A DNA stretch of 64,000 nucleotides, taken from positions 5,444 to 69,443 of the forward strand of contig CAYRMI010000004.1 in assembly GCA_964425625.1 (NCBI GenBank). The letters are read 5' to 3'. The position numbers were made by a program, and so were the translations under genes. The notes under the pieces are model-generated. The model searched no databases and had not been told where the DNA came from. It saw only the letters and a list, made by a program, of their open reading frames with translations. Source of the stretch: an uncultured Candidatus Saccharibacteria bacterium. GTDB taxonomy: Bacteria; Patescibacteriota; Minisyncoccia; Phycocordibacterales; UBA918. Below are positions 16,930-25,180 of this stretch, piece after piece (the first letter of the stretch is position 1; every line of letters starts with the position of its first letter).

Positions 16930-18993
16930 ATGAACACAAATATTCGAGGTTACAATCCTCTACAGAGGGTAATGTTAGCCGCAGCAGCGACCTTGGTCTT
17001 TGCTGGGATTTTTATTTTCGGATTCTTATTAAGCGTGAATTTTGTGCATGCTGTTACCACGGAAGATCTGCTCGATGCCGTACCATCAGGTAGCTTAGCG
17101 GAGTGGACAGTCAGCGATACCGGTGGTAATCCAATCTTCACTTACGAGGAGATTACCTCACCTTACGATAATTCTACCGCTATCAAAACCAGCGTGGATG
17201 GTAACACGATTATGAACTGTCCGACCAGATTTATCGCTCGTACTTATGAGTGGGGTGGAAACACTTCCTACACAGACCTCAAGGCATATCTTGCTTTCAC
17301 TTCCTCACTGAGTTACTACAATTTTCCCTATGTCGTAGTGGAAATATTTGATGAAGCTGATAATAAACTTGGCTACGAGGTCTATTATGGTAAAGATATT
17401 ATCGGTACTTATTACGAAGGTATTATAGCTGGAGACCCTACTAATTATACCGAGCTACCTGTTGCCGAGGGTGACGTAACAATCGACCTCTCGGCCATCG
17501 GATCTGATATAAATTTCAAGTATTTTAAACTTACTATCTCAAACTATACTTGTGAAGGTACAAACTCGCTTGTCTTCGACCATCTAAGAATTGTAAATGG
17601 CAGTTTTACTGGTGATACAGAAAACACTATTCCGGTAGCCAACCCCGATTCATTTACCGTGGAAGCTGGTGAGTTGTACGCCGGACAAGTGGCCGGATCA
17701 GATACTGATGGTGACCCGCTCACCTTTGAATCTACTACTCCTCCCATGTATGGCACACTCCACTTCAATTCTAATGGCAGTTTCACCTACGAAGCTGACT
17801 CAGATTATGCCGGAGATGATTCATTTGCCTTCAGACTATATGATGGAGAGGATTATTCTGCTCCAGCAACTATTAGTATCACCGTGACAGAACCTCCACC
17901 AGCAAAAGTGATAAAGCTGTTGATCTATAACCCAAATGTGTACGGTCCCGACGATGAAGAATGTAAAGGAGACTACGGCGCTCTACCCTATGAGTACTTA
18001 GAAGCCAATGATGTTGAGGTAACATTTTGGTGCAATGACACCATCGTTGATGCCGGTGTGTTAGCAAACTATGATGTACTCTATGTCGGACGAGCCCGCG
18101 CTAGTTATTATGGGGCAACCTACATTAATTCAACCGACCTAAAAAACTGGGTTTCTACTGGTGGTGGAGCCATACTAGAAAGCACCGGTGATAGTTTTGA
18201 ACCAGGAACCACAAACATGATTTGGCCAGGGATTTACGAGCTATTTGGCTATAACAATTGCCCCGTTATTGGTTCTTCCGATAATAGTGGCGGTGGCCCC
18301 TTGACTAAACTAATTGATCATCCAATCTGGGACGGAGTAGATGGACCGGTTGGAGACAGTAACACTGGACTCTATGATGATGAATTAGATGATTCATGTA
18401 TCGGAACAGGCGTTAAAATTGGAACATCAGGCTCATCCAAACAGAGCCCGATGGTAAACGAATTTGGTGCTGGACGTACCTATTCAGGAGTACTCGTTGA
18501 CTACACAATAAACGATGATTCACAAAGATACTTCCTAAATGTTGTCGACTGGGTGGCTCAAGGTGGTCGTGAGCGTGACATTAATCCACCGGTTATAACT
18601 CTGAATGGTAAATCAGTTATAAAAATTGAAGTCGGCGACAGTTATATTGATGAAGGTGCCACAGCAGAGGATGACATTGATGGTGTGGTCGAAGTTGTTA
18701 CTACGGGGACAGTAGATACCAATACTCCCGGCACTTATGAAATCACCTACACTGCTCAGGACTATAGTGGAAACATTGCCACTCTGACAAGGTCTGTTAA
18801 GGTCGCTGAAATTGACAAAGGCTCTGGTGGCAGTGCTACTCGTGTAGGAGAGCGAAAACAAACCAGAGAAACTGCGCAAGGTCTGGTTCTTGGAGCCCAG
18901 ACTTCCGCTACGCCTTTGGAGCAAATGAGACAGATTAGATTACAACTTATCAAGATTCTTAAACTTTACGTTGAACTACTAAAGAAAGGTTAA
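16930..18993 (+). CDS. Large secreted/surface protein with signal-anchor, VCBS/cadherin-like Ig domain and DUF5011-like Ig domain
   Basis: N-terminal MNTNIRGYNPLQRVMLAAAATLVFAGIFIFGFLLSVNFVHA. The VCBS/cadherin-like Ig-domain pattern is ANPDSFTVEAGELYAGQVAGSDTDGDPLTFE...YGTLHFNSNGSFTYEADSDYAGDDSFAFRLYDGEDYSAPATISITV. The DUF5011-like pattern is PPVITLNGKSVIKIEVGDSYIDEGATAEDDIDGVVEVVTTGTVDTNTPGTYEITYTAQDYSGNIATLTRSVKV. Confidence 0.55.
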   Translation: MNTNIRGYNPLQRVMLAAAATLVFAGIFIFGFLLSVNFVHAVTTEDLLDAVPSGSLAEWTVSDTGGNPIFTYEEITSPYDNSTAIKTSVDGNTIMNCPTRFIARTYEWGGNTSYTDLKAYLAFTSSLSYYNFPYVVVEIFDEADNKLGYEVYYGKDIIGTYYEGIIAGDPTNYTELPVAEGDVTIDLSAIGSDINFKYFKLTISNYTCEGTNSLVFDHLRIVNGSFTGDTENTIPVANPDSFTVEAGELYAGQVAGSDTDGDPLTFESTTPPMYGTLHFNSNGSFTYEADSDYAGDDSFAFRLYDGEDYSAPATISITVTEPPPAKVIKLLIYNPNVYGPDDEECKGDYGALPYEYLEANDVEVTFWCNDTIVDAGVLANYDVLYVGRARASYYGATYINSTDLKNWVSTGGGAILESTGDSFEPGTTNMIWPGIYELFGYNNCPVIGSSDNSGGGPLTKLIDHPIWDGVDGPVGDSNTGLYDDELDDSCIGTGVKIGTSGSSKQSPMVNEFGAGRTYSGVLVDYTINDDSQRYFLNVVDWVAQGGRERDINPPVITLNGKSVIKIEVGDSYIDEGATAEDDIDGVVEVVTTGTVDTNTPGTYEITYTAQDYSGNIATLTRSVKVAEIDKGSGGSATRVGERKQTRETAQGLVLGAQTSATPLEQMRQIRLQLIKILKLYVELLKKG

Positions 18994-19128
18994 CACTAGA
19001 AATAGTTAAATAACAACGACCATCAGCTTCTGTAAACTGATGGCCGTTGCTTTATTTAACCTTGACTTAAGGTACTTATTGGTACATTATTTCCGCCAGA
19101 AGCCACACGCCGTGTGGTAATAACGGAG

Positions 19129-19401
19129 ATGATGATGCTCGAGACTAGTATTGTAATTCAAGCTGAAATCGAAGGATTCACAGGCTTGACTCAGGTCCGG
19201 ACGGTCAACCGTCTGCGTTACCTTGGTATCGACCCTAAGCTCATCGATGCGGCGATGGTGGCCGTTGCCGATTCGCCAGCCTACCGTCAAGCCGAGGCCG
19301 ACATCATTCTCTTTGCCATGGAGCTCTGGTCGGTAGAAGACGATATCGCTCTGGAAATCCTCAATGGCCAAAGGCCGTGCCCAGTATCAAATCATCACTA
19401 G
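19129..19401 (+). CDS. Small GC-rich hypothetical protein (about 90 aa)
   Basis: RBS ACGGAG precedes the ATG triplet run (MMMLETSIVIQAEIEGFTGL...). The ORF ends 3 nt before a long hairpin plus T-tract. Third-codon positions are GC-rich, unlike neighbouring genes. An overlapping antisense ORF (19087..19371) looks less protein-like. Confidence 0.3.
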   Translation: MMMLETSIVIQAEIEGFTGLTQVRTVNRLRYLGIDPKLIDAAMVAVADSPAYRQAEADIILFAMELWSVEDDIALEILNGQRPCPVSNHH

Positions 19402-19404
19402 ACC

Positions 19405-19474
19405 CCGCCACACCCCGGGTAAGAAAGAACAATCGTTCCGACTTCCCCATCACGGTGTGGCGGTTCTTTCGTTT
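19405..19474 (+). terminator. Long GC-rich hairpin (10-bp stem enclosing a 39-nt structured loop) plus T-tract: terminator of the small ORF, or attenuator upstream of the YhhQ-family gene
   Basis: CCGCCACACC ... GGTGTGGCGG followed by TTCTTTCGTTT. The inner part contains GAAC-AATC-GTTC. Confidence 0.5.
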
Positions 19475-19592
19475 AAAATCACCAAGTTTCGCTTTAACTT
19501 TTTTCTCAAACTGTTTGTATTTTCATTTCTCCGCTATTATTACCGTTTGACCTCACTTTGCAGTCCGGGAAAACAATGATAGGCTCCCCTAT

Positions 19593-20204
19593 ATGCAAAG
19601 TAAGAATTATATCCATGCAATGATGCTCGCTATGGCGGGCGTGATTGTGGTTTCAAATGTACTGGTGCAGTATCCACTCGGACCGTGGCTCACCTATGGT
19701 GCCCTTACCTATCCCCTAGCCTTCTTGATTACCGATTTGGTGACGAGAAACCATGGTCTAAAAGTCGCCAAGCAAGTGATACTCGTCGGCCTTATTGTCG
19801 GTATACTGGCTTCACTTTTAGCTAGTTTTTTTGATGTCACCACCTTGAGGATTGCCATTGCTTCAGCGACGGCATTCTTGGTCGCCCAAATTCTAGACGT
19901 AAAGGTATATCTGCGTCTCCAACACCTTGCTTGGTGGAAGACTCCGGTCCTCTCTTCGGTTATTGGTTCGATAGTAGATACCTTTATTTTCTTTAGTATT
20001 GCCTTTTCGGCTACTACTTACGCCCTTCTCTTGGATGGTAATGTTTGGGCCCAAGAAATTGCCCCGCTGTTAGGAATTGGTCGCCAATTCCCTCTCTGGG
20101 TCTCTCTAGCCGTAGCTGACCTTGGTATAAAGCTTCTCATGGTACTGGTCCTTCTCCTTCCCTATCGACTGCTGATCCAAAACAAGCCCCATATAATTAG
20201 ATAG
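19593..20204 (+). CDS. YhhQ/VUT family (DUF165) putative queuosine-precursor transporter
   Basis: FLITDLVTRNHGLKVAKQVILVGLIVGILAS and AFLVAQILDVKVYLRLQHLAWWKTPVLSSVIGSIVDTFIFFSIAFS align with E. coli YhhQ FLATDLTVRIFGAPLARRIIFAVMIPALLIS ... ALGQILDVHVFNRLRQSRRWWLAPTASTLFGNVSDTLAFFFIAF. Confidence 0.75.
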   Translation: MQSKNYIHAMMLAMAGVIVVSNVLVQYPLGPWLTYGALTYPLAFLITDLVTRNHGLKVAKQVILVGLIVGILASLLASFFDVTTLRIAIASATAFLVAQILDVKVYLRLQHLAWWKTPVLSSVIGSIVDTFIFFSIAFSATTYALLLDGNVWAQEIAPLLGIGRQFPLWVSLAVADLGIKLLMVLVLLLPYRLLIQNKPHIIR

Positions 20205-20435
20205 AAAAATATTAAGGTTTTAGGGTCTCCATTGCCCCTAAACACTCATCGCCATGTTGCCTTCTCTTCTGAAGTAAATTTTTGCATAAATCAAGCAGTA
20301 GTTCTGCTGGTGCAATTGTACCATCCACCAGTTTTTACAACGTACGACAGAAAATTTTTTCAATGGACAATCGTTAATAATCATGTAATAATACTAAAGC
20401 AGGCAAATTTACCTGTTTTTTTGGGTGAGGAAAAA

Positions 20436-21122
20436 ATGCACTTGATCAAAAAGGCGCTCGTCGCCATTTCTTTGTTCTTCGCGGTCTTCGGCCTCGCTCA
20501 TGCGGCGCCATCGTACTGCAACAATAGAGTGCCTGGCGACAATCCACTGAAGAACGACAGTTCACCGGTGCTGTCGACCAGTGACATGACCTACAACAAC
20601 AAGTCGGCCAATGACTGCTACGGTCATGTCGCCAATGACAACGACACCGTCAGTGACATCAACGCTCTGGCTTGGGGAAACGGCTGGCTCTTTGCTGCTC
20701 GAGATAACATCGGTAGCAGGGACAGAAGCAACACCGTCCTCGGCATTGCCTGGAACATCATTGCCTCTGAAGGCGATGAAGGGAGCTGGACCCTCACCGG
20801 CGTCGATAGGAATGGGACAAACCCAGCCAACCTCGGCGACACTTTCGACTTCGTCGGCGTGCTCAAAGGAGGCAACGGTTGGGCGGCCTACCTGTTTGAT
20901 AATGTCGTGTTCGATGGCAGCGACGGCGGCACTTACGCCATCGAGTTCTTCAACAAGGGTGGAAAGATACCAGACCTCTCACACCTCTCGATCTACGCTC
21001 GTGAAGGGGGCAAACCAACCAACGACGTGCCCGAGCCGGGCACGCTCGCTCTCGCTGGCTTCGCTCTTCTCGGCCTTGCGCTGACGGGTCGTCGTCAACG
21101 CCAACAGCCGCGCCTCGGCTAA
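20436..21122 (+). CDS. PEP-CTERM sorting-signal secreted protein (GC-rich gene)
   Basis: RBS GAGGAAAAAATG. Signal peptide MHLIKKALVAISLFFAVFGLAHA. The C-terminus VPEPGTLALAGFALLGLALTGRRQRQQPRLG is a PEP motif plus TM helix plus Arg-rich tail. The larger track ORF 20232..21122 is trimmed to ATG 20436. Confidence 0.6.
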   Translation: MHLIKKALVAISLFFAVFGLAHAAPSYCNNRVPGDNPLKNDSSPVLSTSDMTYNNKSANDCYGHVANDNDTVSDINALAWGNGWLFAARDNIGSRDRSNTVLGIAWNIIASEGDEGSWTLTGVDRNGTNPANLGDTFDFVGVLKGGNGWAAYLFDNVVFDGSDGGTYAIEFFNKGGKIPDLSHLSIYAREGGKPTNDVPEPGTLALAGFALLGLALTGRRQRQQPRLG

Positions 21123-21147
21123 AGGTCGCCACAAGCGCGACCACTGA

Positions 21148-21178
21148 TGCCTCCCTACCCAGGGAGGTATTTCTTTTT
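21148..21178 (+). terminator. Intrinsic terminator after the PEP-CTERM gene
   Basis: CCTCCCT-ACCCA-GGGAGG followed by TATTTCTTTTT. Confidence 0.6.
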
Positions 21179-21310
21179 AAAAGTATGATAATCATACTCT
21201 ATTTTCTTAATCACCACCCTACATTTGTAGTCTCTACTATCTTGCAAATTCTGCGCTATTTACACACATTTGTTTATAAAGTATAGTCTCAAATCGAAAG
21301 GAGGTGATGT

Positions 21311-21442
21311 ATGACCAAATCACCAAAAAAGTCGCCCGTGAAGGCACCCCGCCTACCACGGTCGCCAGCAAACTTGCGAAGTCTTTCGCGCTCGCTCAAA
21401 GCAGTTCTTCTTGCTCTCCGTCGCCGGAGAACGGCCAAATGA
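21311..21442 (+). CDS. 43-aa highly basic SPKK-motif peptide (histone-H1-like/nucleoid-associated candidate)
   Basis: Promoter TTTACA-17 nt-TATAGT (21259-21287), strong RBS AAAGGAGG 6 nt before ATG 21311, and a hairpin terminator directly after the stop. Translation: MTKSPKKSPVKAPRLPRSPANLRSLSRSLKAVLLALRRRRTAK. This replaces the overlapping 124-aa track ORF 21304..21678, which reads through the terminator. Confidence 0.4.
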   Translation: MTKSPKKSPVKAPRLPRSPANLRSLSRSLKAVLLALRRRRTAK

Positions 21443-21448
21443 AACACG

Positions 21449-21490
21449 TACCAGACCCGAGCATTTGCTCGGGTCTTCCTATTTTTGCTT
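21449..21490. terminator. Bidirectional intrinsic terminator
   Basis: AGACCCGAGC-ATTT-GCTCGGGTCT is a perfect 10-bp stem followed by TCCTATTTTTGCTTTATT. It sits between convergent genes 21311..21442 (+) and 21525..22001 (-). Confidence 0.75.
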
Positions 21491-21524
21491 TATTATTTTC
21501 AGTGGTTACTCACTTTGTTATTGC

Positions 21525-22001
21525 TTATTCATTATTTTTCAATTCTCGCATTTTATTTCTGCGTTTTTCAATTTCATCAAGCAAAGTGTCAACAAAAAAA
21601 CCTTCTTTATGGGCATCCATCGCTCGGCGAATTACTAATTCAGCTTCGACTTCAGTAGCATTTGGGAACTCATCTTGAAGCAGATCTTTAACAAACTTGG
21701 TAAGAGGTCCTAGTAGGCTTTCAAGTGTTTCATTTATACTAATTCCATTTGCTAGCGAAGTATCAATCTCATAGCCTACAACCACCAGTTCTCTTGCTTT
21801 ATCAATATTTTGTAAGTTCTGTGATTCCATTATGCGGTCTAGTTGGGGTACTAGATGATCATCCAGCTCGTCGTTTGGAGCTTTTAATTTTTCTTCGATC
21901 AATCGTGCGCCAATACTACTCAGTTTTTCTAGTCGATTAATTTCATTCTCGACATCTTTACGTTTCCTCATCTGTTCCTCTGATAGAAAAAATTCATTCA
22001 T
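21525..22001 (-). CDS. Hypothetical coiled-coil protein
   Basis: 158-aa ORF rich in E/K/L heptads (MNEFFLSEEQMRKRKDVENEINRLEKL...). No recognisable motif. Confidence 0.4.
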   Translation of the reverse strand: MNEFFLSEEQMRKRKDVENEINRLEKLSSIGARLIEEKLKAPNDELDDHLVPQLDRIMESQNLQNIDKARELVVVGYEIDTSLANGISINETLESLLGPLTKFVKDLLQDEFPNATEVEAELVIRRAMDAHKEGFFVDTLLDEIEKRRNKMRELKNNE

Positions 22002-22164
22002 ATAGCTGACAGTATAACAAAATTTTGACTGATTGTTGATGAATTACAACACTCTCTAAATAATATTTATATTTTTCTTCCCCTTTTCTCTATTAATTTT
22101 TAACCACAGTCCTCTACTTCATAGATTCCCTTTGGTCTATACAAATACTGATATAATTTAGAAC

Positions 22165-23283
22165 ATGAAAAGAAATCAAACTTCTGGTGGTGGAGGAATA
22201 AAACTAATCGGATTAATAATCATCCTAGCTGGGCTTTTAATTCTCCTAGATCCAGAATCAGTCATAAGTAATGGTGAGAGGGGTGTCGTAAAAGAAAGCG
22301 AAGGGTGGATATTTATCCTAGTAGGTTCAGTTTTACTAATATTGCAATTTGGCTGGCAAAGTTTAATGAAAAAACTAAATGAAGACAAAAATATACCCAA
22401 TTTACTGCAGATAAAAACACATAATTCAAAAAGGAACTACTTTTATACCCTCTGGGTAAATCTTCCGGTAATTATTCTTATTTTTCTATTTACAGTATTT
22501 GGTCCCAGCGACACACCTTGGACAGGTTTTTTTAAAGTCATGTCCGGGTACTTACTTTTTGTCCTAAGTGGAATATGGCTTTTCCAATTAATAAGGTTAG
22601 TATTGAAACGGTCTCAGGAGAGAGACGTCGAACAGATTTTAAATTGGGGAAAGTCTCTATCTTATGAAGAAATGACAGATGGAAGTTTTCATTTCCCTAC
22701 CAAGATATTTGACTATGGCACAAACGGCAAAGTAGAGTACTTATTAAAAAAAAGTATAGCTGGAATGAGTGTCGGAATATTCAAGTATAGCCACACACAA
22801 AAAACTGGAAACAATAGTGTGGCTGTAAGTTACTCAGTAGTTAATATTGAGACCTTGGACGAGCTACCTTCATTTAATTTGGCTTTGAAAATTACACCAA
22901 AGGAAAATGAACTTGATATTTCGGTAGGAGAAACAGAGAAAAGAATAAATGAAGAAATTAGTAATGCTTCTAAAATTAACTTTACTACAGCCACTAATGA
23001 TGTTTTTTGCTTAAATGTGTCACAAAAGTTTGAAATTGAAGCATTGCAAATATTTCAACAAGATATTATTGAAGAGTTTGGAAAAAATTGGCCACACTTC
23101 ATTATAATCGGTGAGGGTAAAAATCTAATTGCCATAACTACGGAAGTAAATAATACGGAAGAAAATTTCAAAGTAATGGCAAATCTGGCCGATTTTCTGG
23201 TAGAAAACATTGCTACTAAGATAAGTCTTATCGGAAAATCTGTCGAAGAGATGAAGGAGGTTATGAAGAAACAACAATATTAA
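22165..23283 (+). CDS. Hypothetical membrane protein (4 TM segments plus cytoplasmic domain)
   Basis: 372-aa ORF with hydrophobic segments LIGLIIILAGLLILL, WIFILVGSVLLILQF, LPVIILIFLFTVF and YLLFVLSGIWLFQLI. No recognisable catalytic motifs. Confidence 0.45.
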   Translation: MKRNQTSGGGGIKLIGLIIILAGLLILLDPESVISNGERGVVKESEGWIFILVGSVLLILQFGWQSLMKKLNEDKNIPNLLQIKTHNSKRNYFYTLWVNLPVIILIFLFTVFGPSDTPWTGFFKVMSGYLLFVLSGIWLFQLIRLVLKRSQERDVEQILNWGKSLSYEEMTDGSFHFPTKIFDYGTNGKVEYLLKKSIAGMSVGIFKYSHTQKTGNNSVAVSYSVVNIETLDELPSFNLALKITPKENELDISVGETEKRINEEISNASKINFTTATNDVFCLNVSQKFEIEALQIFQQDIIEEFGKNWPHFIIIGEGKNLIAITTEVNNTEENFKVMANLADFLVENIATKISLIGKSVEEMKEVMKKQQY

Positions 23284-23385
23284 TGAGTCCGTCACACGAC
23301 TTGTCCACCACATTCATTGGTGAAAATGCACCAGGTATTATTTTCAAATTTTTTCTAAAGGTTTATTGTCGTCATTTCATCGTGT

Positions 23386-23460
23386 GGAAAAGGAGCCAGT
23401 GTGAAAAGGGATACACTAGAGAAAAGGAGTCAGTGAGAAAAGGGGTCAGGAGCCTTTTAC
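23386..23460. repeat. Four degenerate tandem copies of a roughly 17-nt GAAAAGGRGYCAG unit. The last copy forms the hairpin motif GAAAAGGGGTCAGGAGCCTTTTA, which recurs at 25181-25203.
   Basis: GGAAAAGGAGCCAGTGT / GAAAAGGGATACACTAGA / GAAAAGGAGTCAGTGA / GAAAAGGGGTCAGGAGCCTTTTAC. The second locus, 25181-25216, reads GAAAAGGGGTCAGGAGCCTTTTATCAGGAGCCCTTTACC. Confidence 0.6.
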
Positions 23461-23579
23461 CATAGCCGTTGCTTCAGGCGGGTTTTTTTACACTAGAAAT
23501 TTCACTACAGATTTGTAACTTATATTGGACTTATCTCAATTCTCAGAATCATTGCTATCACTTCACTAAGTTTTGCGTA

Positions 23580-23849
23580 CTACTCAACTTTCACATCAAG
23601 CGCAATTGAAGCGAGAATCTTAGCCACCCCAATACACGCTTCACGACTACCATAGAACACCGTCACCAAGCCAAACTGCTCTGCTACATCGGCGTACATA
23701 ACTGCCTGCATTTCCGTACAGTCGGTCGCTTTCATGAGTTGATCAACGACCGTATCAAACGAATGACAATCACAATTGTAGAGAATCACCTCATGATTCA
23801 TGTTCTGTACCGATACGGCTTTTAATTCCTGCTTTTTCTCTGGGTTCAT
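23580..23849 (-). CDS. clpS: ClpS-like ATP-dependent Clp protease adaptor
   Basis: HEVILYNCDCHSFDTVVDQLMKATDCTEMQAVMYADVAEQFGLVTVFYGSREACIGVA aligns with E. coli ClpS [58 protein letters not shown]. Confidence 0.6.
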   Translation of the reverse strand: MNPEKKQELKAVSVQNMNHEVILYNCDCHSFDTVVDQLMKATDCTEMQAVMYADVAEQFGLVTVFYGSREACIGVAKILASIALDVKVE

Positions 23850-24075
23850 GTTAATTTAATATCAGCTATTTACCAGCAATTTCTATTGAATCAAAATTCA
23901 TATTCAAATATTCCTGAAGTCTGGTCAGAGAGATACGCTCTGTCCTGCCTATCTTAAACACCGGCAAAGCGCCAGAGGCGATGGCTTTTTTGTTGTTAGT
24001 TGCTACTTTTTGCTTTACCACACAGTTTTCTATTTCATTGTCCCTGTCCTCTTTTATTCCTTAAGTTTAGAATTA

Positions 24076-25050
24076 TTATAACCGATACCAACCACCAGCT
24101 AAATCAAGAGACTCGGCTGCACCGGTACGAAGATCTATTCTTATTAGGGGCGTACTGGGTGTCGAAGTAGGATCACCTGGACAATTTGGTCCAAATTGTT
24201 TTTCAACGGTAATGTGTCTATAGTAACCAAAATCTTCTGGACTGATAACTAAACAGTCCTCAGGATAGGTGGTTAATTTTCGTATGGCCTCCCACGTCTT
24301 GTTTAATACTTCAGTATCAGGTAAAAACTCGCCGACCTCATCAATGGTGGATTTTTGTGAATAAATAAAGGCGGCTTTTATTGTTTGAACTAAATCGTTC
24401 TGAAGCTCAGATCCCTCTTCACTATCCGCGCAACTTGCTTGTGGTCCAACATATAAAATAAAGTAATCCCCAAATTCGAAAACTCCGGAATTATCCTCTA
24501 AGGATAACCTTTTTAGTTCTAAAGGGTTGGACATCCAGTGCACCATTTCTGATGATTGATTTTCTTTTTCATATGACTCAACCAACAACTCTTTGTTGAT
24601 TTTAATAACACGACCCAATGGCCCGTGTTTAGGTTGACAATACTCTAATGTGCCACCAAATGGTATAAGTTCTTCGGTTGAAAATAACACTGAGCTACTT
24701 TCATTTGTTGGATTTCTGTTTACTGTATACAGTAAGTTACCAAGACCAGATGTAACCAATTCAAGATTAATTTCTGGAATTAGACACGTATCTCCATTAC
24801 CACAGACAATATAATTGGATTCTTCAATTTTTTCTGGGTTGACTACCGGAATTGATTCAAAACTAATATTACTAGAATCGTAATTTTGAGGCATTACCGA
24901 TATCCTGCCCAAATAAAATCCCACGAAAGGTAAAAGTGTAAATAGCACCAATGCTAAATATTTAGAAAGCGGTGTAACCGTCGTAAACTGCTTTTTCAAA
25001 TTAAAGTCTTGCGAACTGAGCCCCTCTTCTACTATTGGTTGGTTTTCCAT
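24076..25050 (-). CDS. Hypothetical membrane-anchored extracytoplasmic protein
   Basis: Single N-proximal TM helix (LALVLFTLLPFVGFYL) followed by a roughly 270-aa domain with several Cys. Start taken as MENQPIVEEG (M13 of track ORF 24076..25086). Confidence 0.45.
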   Translation of the reverse strand: MENQPIVEEGLSSQDFNLKKQFTTVTPLSKYLALVLFTLLPFVGFYLGRISVMPQNYDSSNISFESIPVVNPEKIEESNYIVCGNGDTCLIPEINLELVTSGLGNLLYTVNRNPTNESSSVLFSTEELIPFGGTLEYCQPKHGPLGRVIKINKELLVESYEKENQSSEMVHWMSNPLELKRLSLEDNSGVFEFGDYFILYVGPQASCADSEEGSELQNDLVQTIKAAFIYSQKSTIDEVGEFLPDTEVLNKTWEAIRKLTTYPEDCLVISPEDFGYYRHITVEKQFGPNCPGDPTSTPSTPLIRIDLRTGAAESLDLAGGWYRL

Positions 25051-25180
25051 TCTAAAAGAATACCATAGTAACTTATTACAAAACACACTCCTACTTCTCC
25101 CAAGGAGCCTTAAATTGCAAAATTTACCTCACTAATTCTTCAGTGATACAATGATGATAGTAAACCGCCCGATCATCTAG

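Noticed and set aside
19180-19215. SRP-RNA-like motif CAGGUCCGGACGG resembling domain IV CAGGUCCGGAAGG
   Set aside because: Surrounding sequence forms a simple GACGG-UCAA-CCGUC hairpin. It lacks the symmetric-loop partner AGCAGC. It lies inside a plausible protein-coding frame.
20611-21084. 157-aa ORF in an alternative + frame inside the PEP-CTERM gene
   Set aside because: Ala/Thr/Ser-rich shadow ORF of a GC-rich gene. The PEP-CTERM frame has signal peptide, RBS and recognisable C-terminal sorting motif.
21304-21678. 124-aa ORF starting at GTG 21304
   Set aside because: Reads through a perfect 10-bp hairpin terminator and into the 3' end of the convergent gene 21525..22001. The SD AAAGGAGG is too close to its start codons and is optimally spaced for the ATG at 21311 in the +1 frame (43-aa peptide).
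23386-23460. Tandem 17-nt repeats considered as a possible CRISPR array
   Set aside because: Units are adjacent without spacers, are degenerate, and are only about 17 nt long. No cas genes in the window.
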